NCBI GenBank assembly: GCA_002269645.1
Contig: NIVC01000114.1
Coordinates: forward strand, 744,001 to 808,000
Source of the DNA: Macrostomum lignano
Taxonomy: Eukaryota
Direction: 5' to 3'
Length of the DNA: 64,000 nt
Shown here: positions 1 to 11,789 of the stretch, one piece after another
Numbering within the stretch: position 1 is the first letter of the stretch
Layout of the letters: each line of letters opens with the position of its first letter
Made by a program: the position numbers and the translations under genes
Notes under the pieces: generated by a model
The model's input: only the letters and a program-made list of their open reading frames with translations
Database searches by the model: none
What the model was told of the DNA's origin: nothing

Positions 1-401
1 ATAATAAGTAAAGACTAACAATTTCAGGATCTTATCTGATAAAACGGCCCTTCTAGTGTGGAACACCAAATTGTACTATATTATCTAACGTTGCAGCCCC
101 TCAAAAGTAACGCAAAAAATTACGTTTTTTTTTCTCAAAAACCTAAATAAAAAGCAATCAAACTTCATGATTTGGTTACAGAAGTTACAGAAGCTCAACT
201 TTTGCCAGCTCTTGGACGTGGCATCCACTGACCTAGTACTCGTAGACATGGTAAGGAGCGCCCTCCTAGGAGTCAGGGGCACCCACATAGGAGATGCTAA
301 GCGATTATCATGTACTGACACAATGCTGAAACTTTCCTCTAAATTTACGATTTTGTATGCTGAATACAGTTAAACAAAAAGTCCTGTCAAAAATTACTAA
401 C

Positions 402-3400
402 CAACAGCAATGCCAGCGGCGACAACAACTCCAGCAACGATTCTAATTATCGCTCCCACCGAAAGCACCGGAGCGGCAGCAGAGCACGTGGGCCCGGAGA
501 ACCCATCATTGCAATCGCAGAAATACTTGTTCCACATGTCGATGCAACGACCGGAGTTCTGACAGACACCCGCTTTACATACTACGTCTCCATGGCAACC
601 AGGCGTTGGTGAGATGGTTGAATCCGCGTCAGTTGCAGACCAGGAAAATCCCGGCGTGTCAGAGGGGAGCGACCGGTTCACTAGCGGGACCAAGTAGCCG
701 TTGAGTCGCACGTTGCCAAGGCAACCCTTGAAGCCGCTGTCGCCAAGAACTACCACAGCCGCAGAGTCGAGAATCAGCGGTGCAAAGTCATGAGATTCGC
801 TGAAAGTCGTAGCAGCGTCGGTGCCATCGAACTTCGCACTGAGTTCTAAGCGCCGTTCGGTGAAAAACCTGACGCCAAACGTAAATGGGATGCTGGTTGC
901 TATGGAGAAATCGGACATCACGTGCTTGTTGTCAAGGGACACTCGCAGATGGCCGGACTTGGCCTCGACAAACAGCTGGCGACCGTCGCGGTTGGTCATC
1001 GACAGCAGACGGAAGTTCAGCTCGCGGGTGCGGGCCCAGCCAGTGAGGCTAGTCAATGCTTCATTGAAGCGGCTGGCCGATAATCTCAGCTTTGTGGAGG
1101 ATTGGAATGTGGCGGCTGTGCGACCTGGCGAGTTTGGTGGATGGACAAGCATAAAATGCAGTCATTTCGTCGCCATTCATAGATATATTAAGAAGTATAT
1201 ATTCAGCTAAGAAACTGGGCGTCTGTATGAGTGCAAGCCTGAGTACAGTAGGTGCTCATGAGTCAGCGATATGGATAGAATTGCTTCAGGTTGAATGCTG
1301 CTGAAAGCGTTGCATCAGGGGTGTCACAAACCTCCTGTGAGTTTGACGCTGCAGTTTTTGCCTCCGAACTCAGCGGGGCAGCCGGTGCAGGCATAATCCG
1401 CTACCAGGTCCTTGCAGACGGCTCCGTTCTGACACGGCTGTCCGAACCGCTCGCACTCGTTGATGTCGACTGAGCAGGTCGGGCCTTCGTAGCCGGGCAG
1501 GCAGTGGCAGGTGAATGAGGCCAGGCCGTCCGTGCAGCTCGACGCGTGAGCGCACACGCTGCGGTTGGTGTCCGGATCCAGACAGTCGTTCGGGTGGATC
1601 TCGCACGTGTCTCCGAAGGTACCTATATGAGTGAAATGTGTTTAACAAAACTTGTTTGCGTTGGAAGCATTGTTTGACTGATGTTAACAATGTCGTGTCT
1701 CCGTCTACGTGTCACGCATGAATGCGTTTGATAAGAGCTAAACACCACACCCCAAGGGAAGGGAAGGCGGACGCGAGTGTTTGCGAGTATCGAGTACAGT
1801 GCGAGTGGATACGACGTTCCAAAATCCGAAAAATGATGGGGAAAATAGTGAAAGAAAAAAAACGGGGGGCACGCAGGATTCAAGCAAGCAATGCTTGCAA
1901 GGCTTGCAAGGCTTGCAAGCAAAAATAAATAAACAGTCATTAAAACAGCACTTAATCAATAAAACAACAGTCATCATTGCAAAAAAAGATAAAATACGAA
2001 ATAAGAATCATGCACGAGTTGAAAAGAAAAAATCGGAGCATTTGAGTCAAGCCAAAGGAAAAAGAAAGCAGACAGCACACCAGCTTCTACCCAGAGCAGG
2101 CAAACGAAAAATTATAGGCATTGAGACAGTTTGAGAACAGCCACCAGCTGGAGGTCGAAGCCCTTCTCCAGCCCCAAGTACACTTCAATCGCCGAGCTCC
2201 GCCAGTCGACCAGGGCCTTGACGACCGGCAGCGGCACACCGGCGCGGAACGCCAGCGAGGAACCGCCGCGTCGAAGGCTGTGCGGAGACAGAGACCGGTC
2301 TGCCAGGCCGGCACGGTGGACGACGTGCTGAAACAGGCGACAGAACCCGGTGCCGGTCAGAGGCGTCAGGCCGCCGCTGCTTCGGTAGGCGAAGAGGTAG
2401 GCAGCAGCAGAGGTGGTCAGGCTGGTTGATGCGCAGGTGGTGAAGCAGCGCCGCCACCGGGCAGAGCGGGTGCTGAGCCGCGTGCCGGAGGCGCGGCAGG
2501 ACAACGCGTTGCACTCGCTGGCGGAACTGGTTCGTCTTGGAGCGCCGAATGTGCAGGATGGCCAGGTCCGGTGATAATTGCAGGTCGCCACATGTGACCG
2601 CCTCGCCAGCTGGTGGGAACGGTTTCGAGCAGCACAGATTGGCCCCGCCAAGGAGGCCCCAGAATCCGACCAGGACCGCCGCCCAGAAGGCTGCATCTTG
2701 AGGCTGCTGCAGGCGCAGGGTTCCTCGCAGTTTGAGGAGGTCACCCGGAGTGATGGGCGCCTTGCGCGCCGGCGGCTTGGCGAGTTTGCGCTGCACACCG
2801 CGGAGGAGCAGGTCGATGCGGGGGTCGCGAGGAAGGCCGCGGCCGGTCGTGAGCTTGCAGTGCAGGTCTGCGGCGTTAATGTACGCACCGACGCTGGCAT
2901 GCAAGGAGAGGCGGTCGGACAGTGCGATGATGTAGTGCGCGACCTGCTGCAGAGACGGTCTGGTGCTGTCGATGCGCATCTGCTTGCAGAACCGCTTTCA
3001 GGAGTCGATCTGGCAGCGGTAAGAGCGCGCGGTTGTCTCAGCGAAGGCCAAGTGGCAAAGGTCGCGGTAGCGCTTGCTGAAGTTCGCGCTCGGGACTTGA
3101 GGCGGGCGATCTGTAGGGCGAGAAATTTGCAGGTGGCTGGCGAGAGGGTGTGCTCTCTAAGGTTGCTAAGGTCAACGTGAATAGAGCCAAAGAGCTGGAA
3201 CAGGAAGTTTGTCAGCTCGCTGATGTCATCGGCTCGGCTGCCACTATCAGCGAAGATCTGGAATGTCCCGGGGACGTGGAAGGCCTGGACGGAGAGGTCG
3301 CGGTGCGCAGCGAGAAGCATCAGCTGTTGCAGAGCCGAGTTGACGACCCGATTTGGCGACGAGCCCTTGTTGATGGTGCCGACTGCGGCGGTGCTGTCAG

Positions 3401-6400
3401 AGTAGATCACAAGCTGGCTGCCCGGTTGCAGCTGCTGCTGGAAATGCAGGGCCGTAAGCCCTGGCGCGAGACTTTCCTTGAAGTTTGATGTGCAGCGGCT
3501 CGATCTCGGTTGAGTCGCGGTGCCAGTCCATGATGAGCCAGCTGGTGATGTCTGGGCGCGGATGATGCCGCAGCCGCCCCAGTTGGACGCGTCGGACTCG
3601 ATGGCCCAGCTGGGCCCGTGGGAACGCCAGATTTGCAGCTGGGGGAGGCGGCCAGGCAGGCGTCCCACCAGCTAAGGATCTCGCGGAGATCATTTTGCAC
3701 GCGCAGTTTGTGCCGCTGCTGCTTCAGGTCGCTGAGCTCGAGCAGGAGTGGTCTCAGGAAGCACCTCCCGATGCGGACCACCTGGCAGACCCAGTTGATG
3801 CGGCCACAGAGCGATTAGAGTTGGCGCTTGGTGATGCGCTTGCGAGAGAGCGCGGACTGCAGCTGAGACTTGGTGGCGTCGAGCTTGTCCTTCGGAAGCT
3901 CCAGTAGGCCGCTAACGGTGTCGATGAGGACGCCCAGATAGACCAGTCTGGTGCACGGCGCCACCACCTTGCTCCAGTTGATGGAGAAGCCAAGCTTCCG
4001 CAGCAGATTGAGCAGGGTGCTCGAGAGCGAGCGAGCTAGCAGTCGTCCTTGCTGGGGCTGCTATGGCGAAGTCGTCGAGATAGCTGCCGATATCGTTGAA
4101 GCCCCGTCTCTGCATCATGCGCTTGACGGCCTGGCTCAAGCGGTGGACAACTTCCACGGAGGCGGCAGCGCCAAAGGGGAGCCGCATGTCGCAGATGTAC
4201 GAATCGCTGCGCTGGTCGCTGAATTTTCACTTCAAGCCGGTGAGCCGAAAATCGTGCGGGCTGATGCCGACACTCCGGTAGGCATTGACGAGGTTGACTT
4301 TGGCCATGAACCAACTGGGTTGCAGTTAGGCGGTGAAGTGACTAACGGTCTCGAACTTGATTCGGTAGTCGGAAGAAAATCGGCTGTTTAAGGAGAGACC
4401 CGGAGGGTTAGAGCAGTCGTGGATGAGTCGAATCTTGTTGTTGCTCTTCGGAATGGCGTCAAGGGCGCTGATGACCTCCGGTTTGTCACTGACTTGAACG
4501 TAGCGGCCATTAAGGATTTCCTCTCGCACCTGCTGCTCGACCAGCTGCCGGTAACTGTTGACTGATACGTACATGTAGTTCTGGATTTCTGACTAGTTGA
4601 GGCTCTTTCTGACGGGTCAGGGCAGGTGAGTTGGAAGCCGTTGCGGATGCCATTCAGCAGGAATTCGCGGTCAGGATCGTCAGTCAGCTCAGTTTCCCAG
4701 GCGGCTGTGGCGAGGTCGGATGAGAAAGCAACAGGGGTTCGACTTTGGCTTCCGCCGGGGCAGCTGCACTGCCAGTTGAGCCCCCCGGCCGGCCGCGATC
4801 TAGTTTTTTGAAGTGCAGAACTGGCGCGGGTGCGCCTTGTAGCAGGCGGAGCAGACGTGCCTGAACTTGCAGTCGCGCCGTAGGCAGCCGTTGCGGTTGA
4901 ACAGCTCCCGCCCCTCAGGATCGATCGGGCCGACGAAGCCGGACAGCTGCTGCTTTGGCCAATGGGCTTGAAGTTGGTGCGCTGAGGGATCGCGTTGCCG
5001 GCCTGACTTGACTTTGGTGCCAGAATGTGCTTGGATAGCAGCTGCAGCGACTCCCTGAGGATTGCAGATTGAGGTTGCAGGATCCTGAAGTCTTCATCGT
5101 AACAGTTGAGGGCGGCCTGACTGAAACCCTTGGTGCGTAAATGCGTAAACTCGCCGAACTGCACACAGTAGCGAATGTAGGCTTTCAGCTGTTCAAGATC
5201 CACCGCGCCATCCTTAACGGTGAGCTGGGAACCCTCGTCGAGGAGTTTCAGCAGGATTCGGTTGCTGCCTGCTACCCACTGAACCTCCGAGATCTGCTCA
5301 GTCCGGACTCTGGACTTCTCGCCAGAGGCGCGCTCCTCGCCATCACGGTTGATAAAGTCCTTCGCCAGAAGGGGCTTTGACGGTCCCGACGGCCTGGCAG
5401 AAGTGCTGTAGAGGCCTTGATGGCCCAGGTCTGGCAGTCCCAGCTCCGGCTCATAGGCAGCAGGGGACCGGTCAATCGGCAAGGGGCTCCGCAACTTACG
5501 GCTCTGTTGACAAGGCTTGTTCTCCAGCTCAGCCTCGATCTCAGCAGTCTGGCGTTGAAGAGTCCTCAGCCGAAGCAGCTTCTCCTGACGGGCGATCCTC
5601 TGGTCCAAATCGTCGGTGCCCTGTGGGGCGCCAGCCTCGTCCAGGGTCGCTACCTCATCGTCGTCGCTGCTGCTGGTGCTGACTCGGTCGATTTCGCTCG
5701 AGTGAGTGGCTGTTGGCCGTCCACGTCGCTTGGCTTGATTTGAGAAACTGGCTTGTTCCAGTCTGACTTGCAACTTTCGCTTGCGACCGCCCCTGGGCAG
5801 TCCCAGTTGGCGCAGACGGTCTCTAAGCTGCCTTGCAGTCATTTGGTCAATTGAAATCTCGGCCATTGCAGTTGCAGCCTAGGCAGCACTCACGCCACTC
5901 CGTACGATAAAAAAGTTCATGCAGCGCGAGAAAGGTGAGGCAGGCTGAGTAAAAGCTAGGTGATATAAACCTCACGGCGGAGGGGTGCAGCGCAGAGGGG
6001 GGGTTGACTTGGGGTAGGTGTTTACAACCAATCAGAAAACGCCGATTGGACATTTTAATTTAAGCTTAAAGCCTATTCAACAAGCCGACGGTCAGTCTAA
6101 CTTTAATTAAAAATAAAACACAGCCAGTAAAAGGGACAGATGAAAAGAAAATTCAAAACAATAGGAAACAGACACCAGCTGCAGACATCAATTAACTGAC
6201 CGCCAGAGGAAAACCCATGAGAAGGCATAATTTGCGAGCTCATTAGATATCCCAGCGGAAAAAGAATCCCGTCATCAAAGAAGATCGGCCGAAGAGTTGG
6301 CTCTGCACACCGCCCTAGGGGCTTGGAGGCTTACCAAGTGAGAAGCGACTCCTCACTACGAGAACAACAACGAAGCCCGATGGCTTGAAAACCGAGGATT

Positions 6401-9400
6401 GCAGAGACAACATTTGAACTGCTCAACTGACAGGTGAGAGAGCCAGAAAAGTTACTCAGATTAAATCAGGCCTGTGGCCGGATACCAATCTATTGCCAAT
6501 ACGATCAAAACGAGCAGAGCTTTTTCAAGAGAACAACTCAGCTGAAATAATTAGACGATCGAGTAAGTTTTCTGAAAATTCTCCGAAGGCCTTTTAGGTA
6601 GTGAGAAGAACCGATAGAACCTTTAAACCGCTAGACTGTTCATATGTGGACCTCCTTACCATTTTTGCAGAAGCAGACGAACCCGGCAGCCAGCGCGTAG
6701 CTGAAGCTGTCGTTGAACGGCGCTGGCAGCGACGAGTTTCCATACAGAGCCGGGTTGCTGCGCTCCAGACAGGCGCCACCGAACCGGCACGGATTCGGCG
6801 AGCAGTCCGGCACGTCAACGGAGCAGTTTTTTCCCGAGTAGCCGCTGAAGCAGCTGCAGCTGAAGTCTCTGAGCTCGTCAGTGCAGGTGGCGTTGTGGCT
6901 GCACGGGTTGCTGGCGCAGTCGTCAATGCAGCTCTGGCAGTTCGGTCCGTAGAAGTCGGTGGCAGAGCAGTCGCAGGTGAACCTGAAAAGACGAAGTTTG
7001 GTTTGTCCCGCATTTTTTGACTTTTTAATATCTGAATTGTACACAATTGGCAACAATTTAAGTTTTCGATTAGGTTTTGATTCTTGTTAGCGCAACTTTT
7101 TTTTAACAAATGCACTTTTAAATTCGCATACTGAAGAAAAATATGGCCGGTCGGGGTTGAATCCTTGTAAAACTTCTGTCAGTCTTGAGAGCCTTTTGAG
7201 CGAAATTCAATAAACTAAACTAGGCTGTGTACTTAAAAAAGCGTTTCTTTTTTATAAGAATAAGGACAATCCACTCGGAAGGTGTGACCAGCGTTGGCTT
7301 AAATCAATACTTAGGTATTACAGCTTGAATATTTCCAAACATACGCATGGTGTGTTGAATTTTATCAATCTGACCGAGAATTTATTGGAGCAGGGTAGTG
7401 CACCAAAGCACATGATGCAATTCAGAGTTTAAATCACTTTGAGCAATCGACAGCTTGCAGCTGAGGCAAAAATGCAAGCATCTTTCAGAGCCATGCTGCA
7501 TGGCAGCTGATTCTCTGGTGACGGCTTTGTGACAACTCAAAATAACGCCCACAAAACGCTTAAAATCTAACTTCCAGCTCCAAGAATACCGATAACTAAT
7601 TATATGTAATGTTAGAAGCGAACCTAACCTAATGTACGTCAGGCACTGAGAACCCAACAACTGAAAACCCTGCTTCGAGCACCCAGCATCAAGCACCAAA
7701 CTACAACCCAACCCGAAAAACCCAACTAAAACCAAACCCCAAGCACCAAACTACAACCCAACCCTAAAACCCAACTAAAACCAAACCCAAAGCACCCAAC
7801 CCCAAGCACCCAAACCCAAGCACCCAACCCCAAACACCAAAACCCAAGCACCCAATCCCAAGCACACATAAACCCAAAGCACCTGCAGCGAGAACTCAAC
7901 TCCAAGCACCTAGACCACAACCGAAAACCAAAAACAATCCAACCTGAAACACCCAATCCCAACAAAGCCCCAAGCACCCGATCACAATAATTAGCAACCT
8001 GAAGCACCCAATACAGCCTATCCTAAAGCATTCAAGGCCAAGCACCTAAGAACATTCCAACCATTAACTCCCAACCACAACTAACATCTCAGCAGATACA
8101 ACTTCAGCACGATTCAGAACTGCAAATATTATCCCAAGGAATTAAGAACTCAATCAGCTTTGAGCCACTCACGTTGAGTTTCCGTCACTGCAGACGCCGC
8201 CATTCTGACAGGGCCCTGACAGGCAGTAGTCAGTGTCCACTGAGCAGTTCCTGCCCTCCCAGCCTGTGAAGCAGCTGCAGCTGTAGTTTTTCACCAGATC
8301 CGTGCACAGGCCGTTGGGGCAGGGCTTGCTGGCGCAGTCATCAATGTTGTTTTGGCACCTGTGACCTGCGAATCCCGTGTCTGTGCAGTCGCAGGTGAAT
8401 CTGAAAAATAAGCAGAAAACTGGGCTCTAATAGCAACAGACATGCTCCAAGTATTTCTATTGACGGCTTCTGGTGATAAATTTTATTCACTGTTGCAAAC
8501 GACGGTTATGAAACTCAAAGTAAGGTTTTATAGTTTCTGAATTCCAACTACAATGAAGTCAGCTGAAATATCAGCAGAAACCGACTAAGATCGCAAATTT
8601 GCTAAAGGCATGGGTGGTAACCGTGGCCCATTCAAGCCAGCGAGCACTTCATCTGTGAATGTCCCGCTTATACTCAGGACAGGCTCGTCAACCGCGGCCC
8701 AAACTCGGACCTTTTCAGGAAAACGACGACGCTGAGGACACCACAGCACCAAAGGATAACACAGCACCAGCTGCCCGTGATCGTCTAGGGTTGGTGGAAT
8801 GGGTGGCGACGCCTTCCCACCGTATCTGGAGGCCCGGAGCCCCCCTGCAGCTGAGTGAAGTCAAGAGGGTAAACTCACGTTCCGTTGCCATCAATGCACC
8901 TGCCGCCATTGAGGCATGCGCTCACTGAACAGTCGTTGTGGTTGATGCTGCAGTTCCTGCCCTCCCAGCCTGTGAAGCAGCTGCAGCTGTAGTCATTCAC
9001 CAAGTCTGAGCACAGGCCGCTGGCACAGGGATTGCTGGCGCAGTCATCAATGTCGATCTCGCAGTCGGTGCCTGCAGCAGATTAAAAATTCGAAAGGGAG
9101 GAAAACAATCAAAGCATTCAGTTTAACTGCTGCTGCGCGAATGCCGTCGTGGCTGGCTTTTGTGGTGACTCCAACCGGGCAGTTAACAACTAATATTTTA
9201 CAAAGGTGAGAATTGACTTTTTACGATCGTAGCTTTTCCGTATTTTAATTTTAAAGCGATGGCTTGGATTACGGAGAGGGAAAATGAAAACAAATCGTCA
9301 GAGCTGGAGGAATTCTGAGACTTGATTGATGACGCATCTAAGAGGATGGAATGGTCTTGTGAGTTGGTGGATGAGCTCTGTGTAAGATGATGGATGGATT

Positions 9401-10036
9401 CTGTGAGATGATGGATGGGATCTGTGAGATGGTGGATGAGATCAGTGAGGTGGCTGATTGTATGGAATGACATTGGTTTTCTGAGGCAGACAATCAGATA
9501 AGATTTGGCCATTTTTCCGAAGCGATTTTTAGCTTTGGTACAAGCCTACTCGTATTATGTTTTTTTGATATATATTTTGATTAAATTTCACGAAAAAAAA
9601 TTATTTTAGTTAAAATAATTTTAGACAGCCTTTACTGTTTAATTACGAGCCGTAAGTTAAGCTGTTTCAATTTTACAAAGCTATTTTGATATTACTAGGT
9701 TTTTTAATTTTTAAAGTTTTTCATTTTGATTTACAGCGGGTCACCCACCTGTGTAGCCGGAAACGCAGCTGCAGTGATACCAGGGGCTCGCGTCTGTGTT
9801 GCTGCAGGTGCCTCCGTTTTGGCAGGGATTGCTTGATGAAGTGCTGCCATCGGAGGTTGTAGCACAAAAGTTTATTCTAACAGTGCAATAAGTACCAGTG
9901 TACGCCTCAGTGCACAGACACGGAGGAGTGCTTGACGTCACAGCACCCGGCCAGCAAATCCCTCCATTCTTGCAGTCGCCTTTGCTGCAGGCGGCTCGCC
10001 TCGTCCGCGCCAATTCGTTGGCGTCCTCGTCAGAAC
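402..10036 (-). CDS. Crumbs-like paralog A (EGF x~11, single LamG, TM); first exon not found, internally deleted, continues past the left edge; may be a pseudogene
   Basis: Hand-spliced exons 9749-10036, 8879-9071, 8173-8400, 6660-6982, 1332-1622 (putative cryptic donor) and 402-1124, with GT/AG ends and consistent phases. Encodes Ca-binding-type EGF repeats, the Crumbs-signature EGF (CLERSNPALYG..FSYALAAGFVC), LamG3-EGF and a TM start (AIIRIVAGVVVAAGIAV). Near-identical to gene B exons. Confidence 0.75.
2112..3110 (-). pseudogene. Tyrosine recombinase (YR) of the DIRS element, disrupted
   Basis: RKAPIT, LHIRRSKTNQF, LCPVAAL, HSLRRGG and W..SAIEVY motifs. Frameshift near 2400, in-frame stop near 3000, and GLLGGAN where the first catalytic Arg (GLLR) is expected. 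Confidence 0.85.
3180..4760 (-). pseudogene. Reverse transcriptase / RNase H of the DIRS element, disrupted
   Basis: DREFLLNGIRNGF, IPKSNNKIRLIHDCS, LPFG, YLDD, VYLGVLID; RNase H motifs ESDAS..KE..YSDS..ADSGSR. Spread over several frames with internal stops. Confidence 0.88.
4800..5866 (-). pseudogene. gag-like ORF1 of the DIRS element with an N-terminal SAP-like motif and a C-terminal zinc finger (frameshifted)
   Basis: N-terminus DQMTARQLRDRLRQLGLPRGGRKRKLQVRLEQ resembles SAP. A second frame at about 4800-4905 reads LFNRNGCLRRDCKFRHVCSACYKAHPRQFC. Confidence 0.75.
6100..6600. repeat. Diverged intronic sequence shared with 20170-20530 (paralogous intron; possibly an old retroelement relic)
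   Basis: Visible similarity, e.g. gcagacatcaattaactgaccgccagaggaaaacccatgagaaggca vs gcagacgccaatacctgactgccaaaggtaaacccaggagaaggca. Confidence 0.45.
7680..8060. repeat. Degenerate C/A-rich minisatellite (caagcacccaacc core)
   Basis: Same core as the arrays at 23240-24130 and 25620-25870 in the paralogous introns of gene B. Confidence 0.75.
8610..8865 (+). mobile_element. 3' fragment of a CCHC-ending LINE (same family as 43820-45910)
   Basis: gagcacttcatctgtgaatgtcccgc (EHFICEC) and the 3' UTR cagctgcccgtg...ccccctgcagctgagt match the reverse complement of 45560-45615 and 43820-43930. Confidence 0.75.
9370..9460. repeat. Short 21-bp minisatellite (gatggatgggatctgtgagat type)
   Basis: About 4 units; expanded counterpart at 26720-27430 in the equivalent intron of gene B. 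Confidence 0.7.
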
Positions 10037-11093
10037 CTTCATATTGAAAATCAGTGGTGGAAAAATTATATTCATAAAGCTAAAGTTATTAACAGGCATT
10101 TAAGCGTGAGAAGAATAATTACTATTGGCAACAGAATTTTCATGAATTCATAACACCTAAATATCATAACATCATTCCATAACATTTAAATTTCATAACG
10201 TCTAAACTTCAACTGTGTTGGGAATCGTTAATGAAAATCCTAATCTCCTGTAACGGCAAGTTCATTGGCGGTAAAATGAAAAAAACTTTTCTTCATGCGA
10301 ACTTCGCTTACCTGAACCTCCTATCGCTTCATTTACACACAAAATTGACGATAAACCAATCATAATTAGCATCCTTATGATTTTTTGCCTCGGATTAACC
10401 CGTTGATGAAGCAATCAAGATGTCATCCTGCAAGCCTTAGAGGTGAAAAAGTAGCTGTCTTAGATAGTTAAACAGCAATCTTCATCGAATGTACTCATAA
10501 GTGTACAAACGCAGTGAATAATTTCAAGCGATATATAAATATAAATTTAAATGTACTCGTATCTATAAATTGGAGTGGGGTCGATTCTCAGGAAACTATT
10601 GAGTGCAGCCTTTAAACCTTCAGTGTAAATGGTTCAAAATGTAATCCATGTGCTCAAGATAGGCTTAAATTTAAAACAATTCAAAGCGCAAACACTCACT
10701 AGTTTTGTTGCTAATATGTTGCAAATATTGCTGATGAATCACCTGCCACTGATAAATCACGGATATTGTTGGGCTTTCAGATTAGATAATAGTGAAGTGA
10801 TAGGTCGCATAGTCTTGAAGAGAGCTTCCACCTGAATCTTGTATTTATGGAGTTTATATGGAATTTACACTAAGGTGAACTTCGCTTATTTCACACTAGA
10901 CATAAATAACTACATGAAGAATTACTCATTACATTTGCATTCCTTATCTACTTATAAAACTTTATTTCTATATACACTGTAAAATCTATGCTTTCATTCC
11001 GTAGCTAAATTAAGCAACAAGTCTCGCATCAAGCTAAATGCAAGCCTAAATTGCCTGTTATTTAGGTGTTCTATTTTTAGAAAAAAAGCAAGA

Positions 11094-11249
11094 TGTAAGT
11101 TCCCGGCGGGAAATTCTAGGGCTGTGTGAGCACTCTGTGTGATCTTGTGTGAGCGTGTGTGTCATTCACGCGATATGATTCATGCCGTAACTTTCTGTGT
11201 GCGATTAGAAAGCTCACACGGCCCTCAAATTTCCCAGCGGGAATTTACA
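11094..11249. mobile_element. Small MITE / foldback element with about 38-bp inverted repeats
   Basis: tgtaagttcccggcgggaaattctagggctgtgtgagc ... gctcacacggccctcaaatttcccagcgggaatttaca. No TSD seen. Confidence 0.65.
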
Positions 11250-11454
11250 CTCCTATTCAGAAAAGAGGAACACAGTTTTAACAAATAATATTTTCATTGA
11301 GCTTAGCAGCAAAGCTGCAATCGATAACGTCCCAGGAATTTGAGCAATCGCAATCGATTCCACGGACCTCATATAGATGCCAGAGCTGGTGAAGTATTCT
11401 GGGGTGCTCCACCATTTGAGCACACCTAACAGCAACCCAAATGCATCTAAGGCG

Positions 11455-11615
11455 CCAAAACGAGTGAGTGTCTGCGGCGCCAATATGAGTGTCTGCGGCG
11501 CCAAAATTAATGTATGCGGCGCCTAAATGAGTGTCTGCGGCGCCAAAATGAATGTATGCGGCGCCAAAATGAGTGTCTGCGGCGCCAAAATGAGTGTATG
11601 CGGCATCAAAATGAG
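11455..11615. repeat. 21-bp minisatellite (atgagtgtctgcggcgccaaa)
   Basis: About 7 units; same unit family as 46110-46410. Confidence 0.85.
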
Positions 11616-11789
11616 TTTCGACACCACTGGATTAAAAGATGTACACTCGAACGGAGACATTTTTGAAACATTTTTAATACTTTGATAATTGGTAAACTAA
11701 AAGCGCAACGCCGATACAGACGGGAGGAGCAGGCGGCTACGGCCTGGGGCTGAGACCCAGCGCCTGCAAGTCAGCCACAAAACAGTCAG

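Larger units (their letters stand above)
1741..6055 (-). mobile_element. Degenerate DIRS-order (Ngaro-like) tyrosine-recombinase retrotransposon in intron 5 of gene A
   Basis: gag, RT/RNase H and YR remnants in DIRS order. Boundaries are approximate, taken from where similarity to the empty paralogous intron of gene B (about 20100-20240) resumes. No split or inverted terminal repeats recognised. Confidence 0.9.

Noticed and set aside
11253-11400. Hydrophobic MRSVESIAIAQIPGTLSIAALLLSS stretch as a replacement first exon for gene A
   Set aside because: No phase-1 donor to join exon 2, weak signal-peptide pattern, and adjacent to a repeat.
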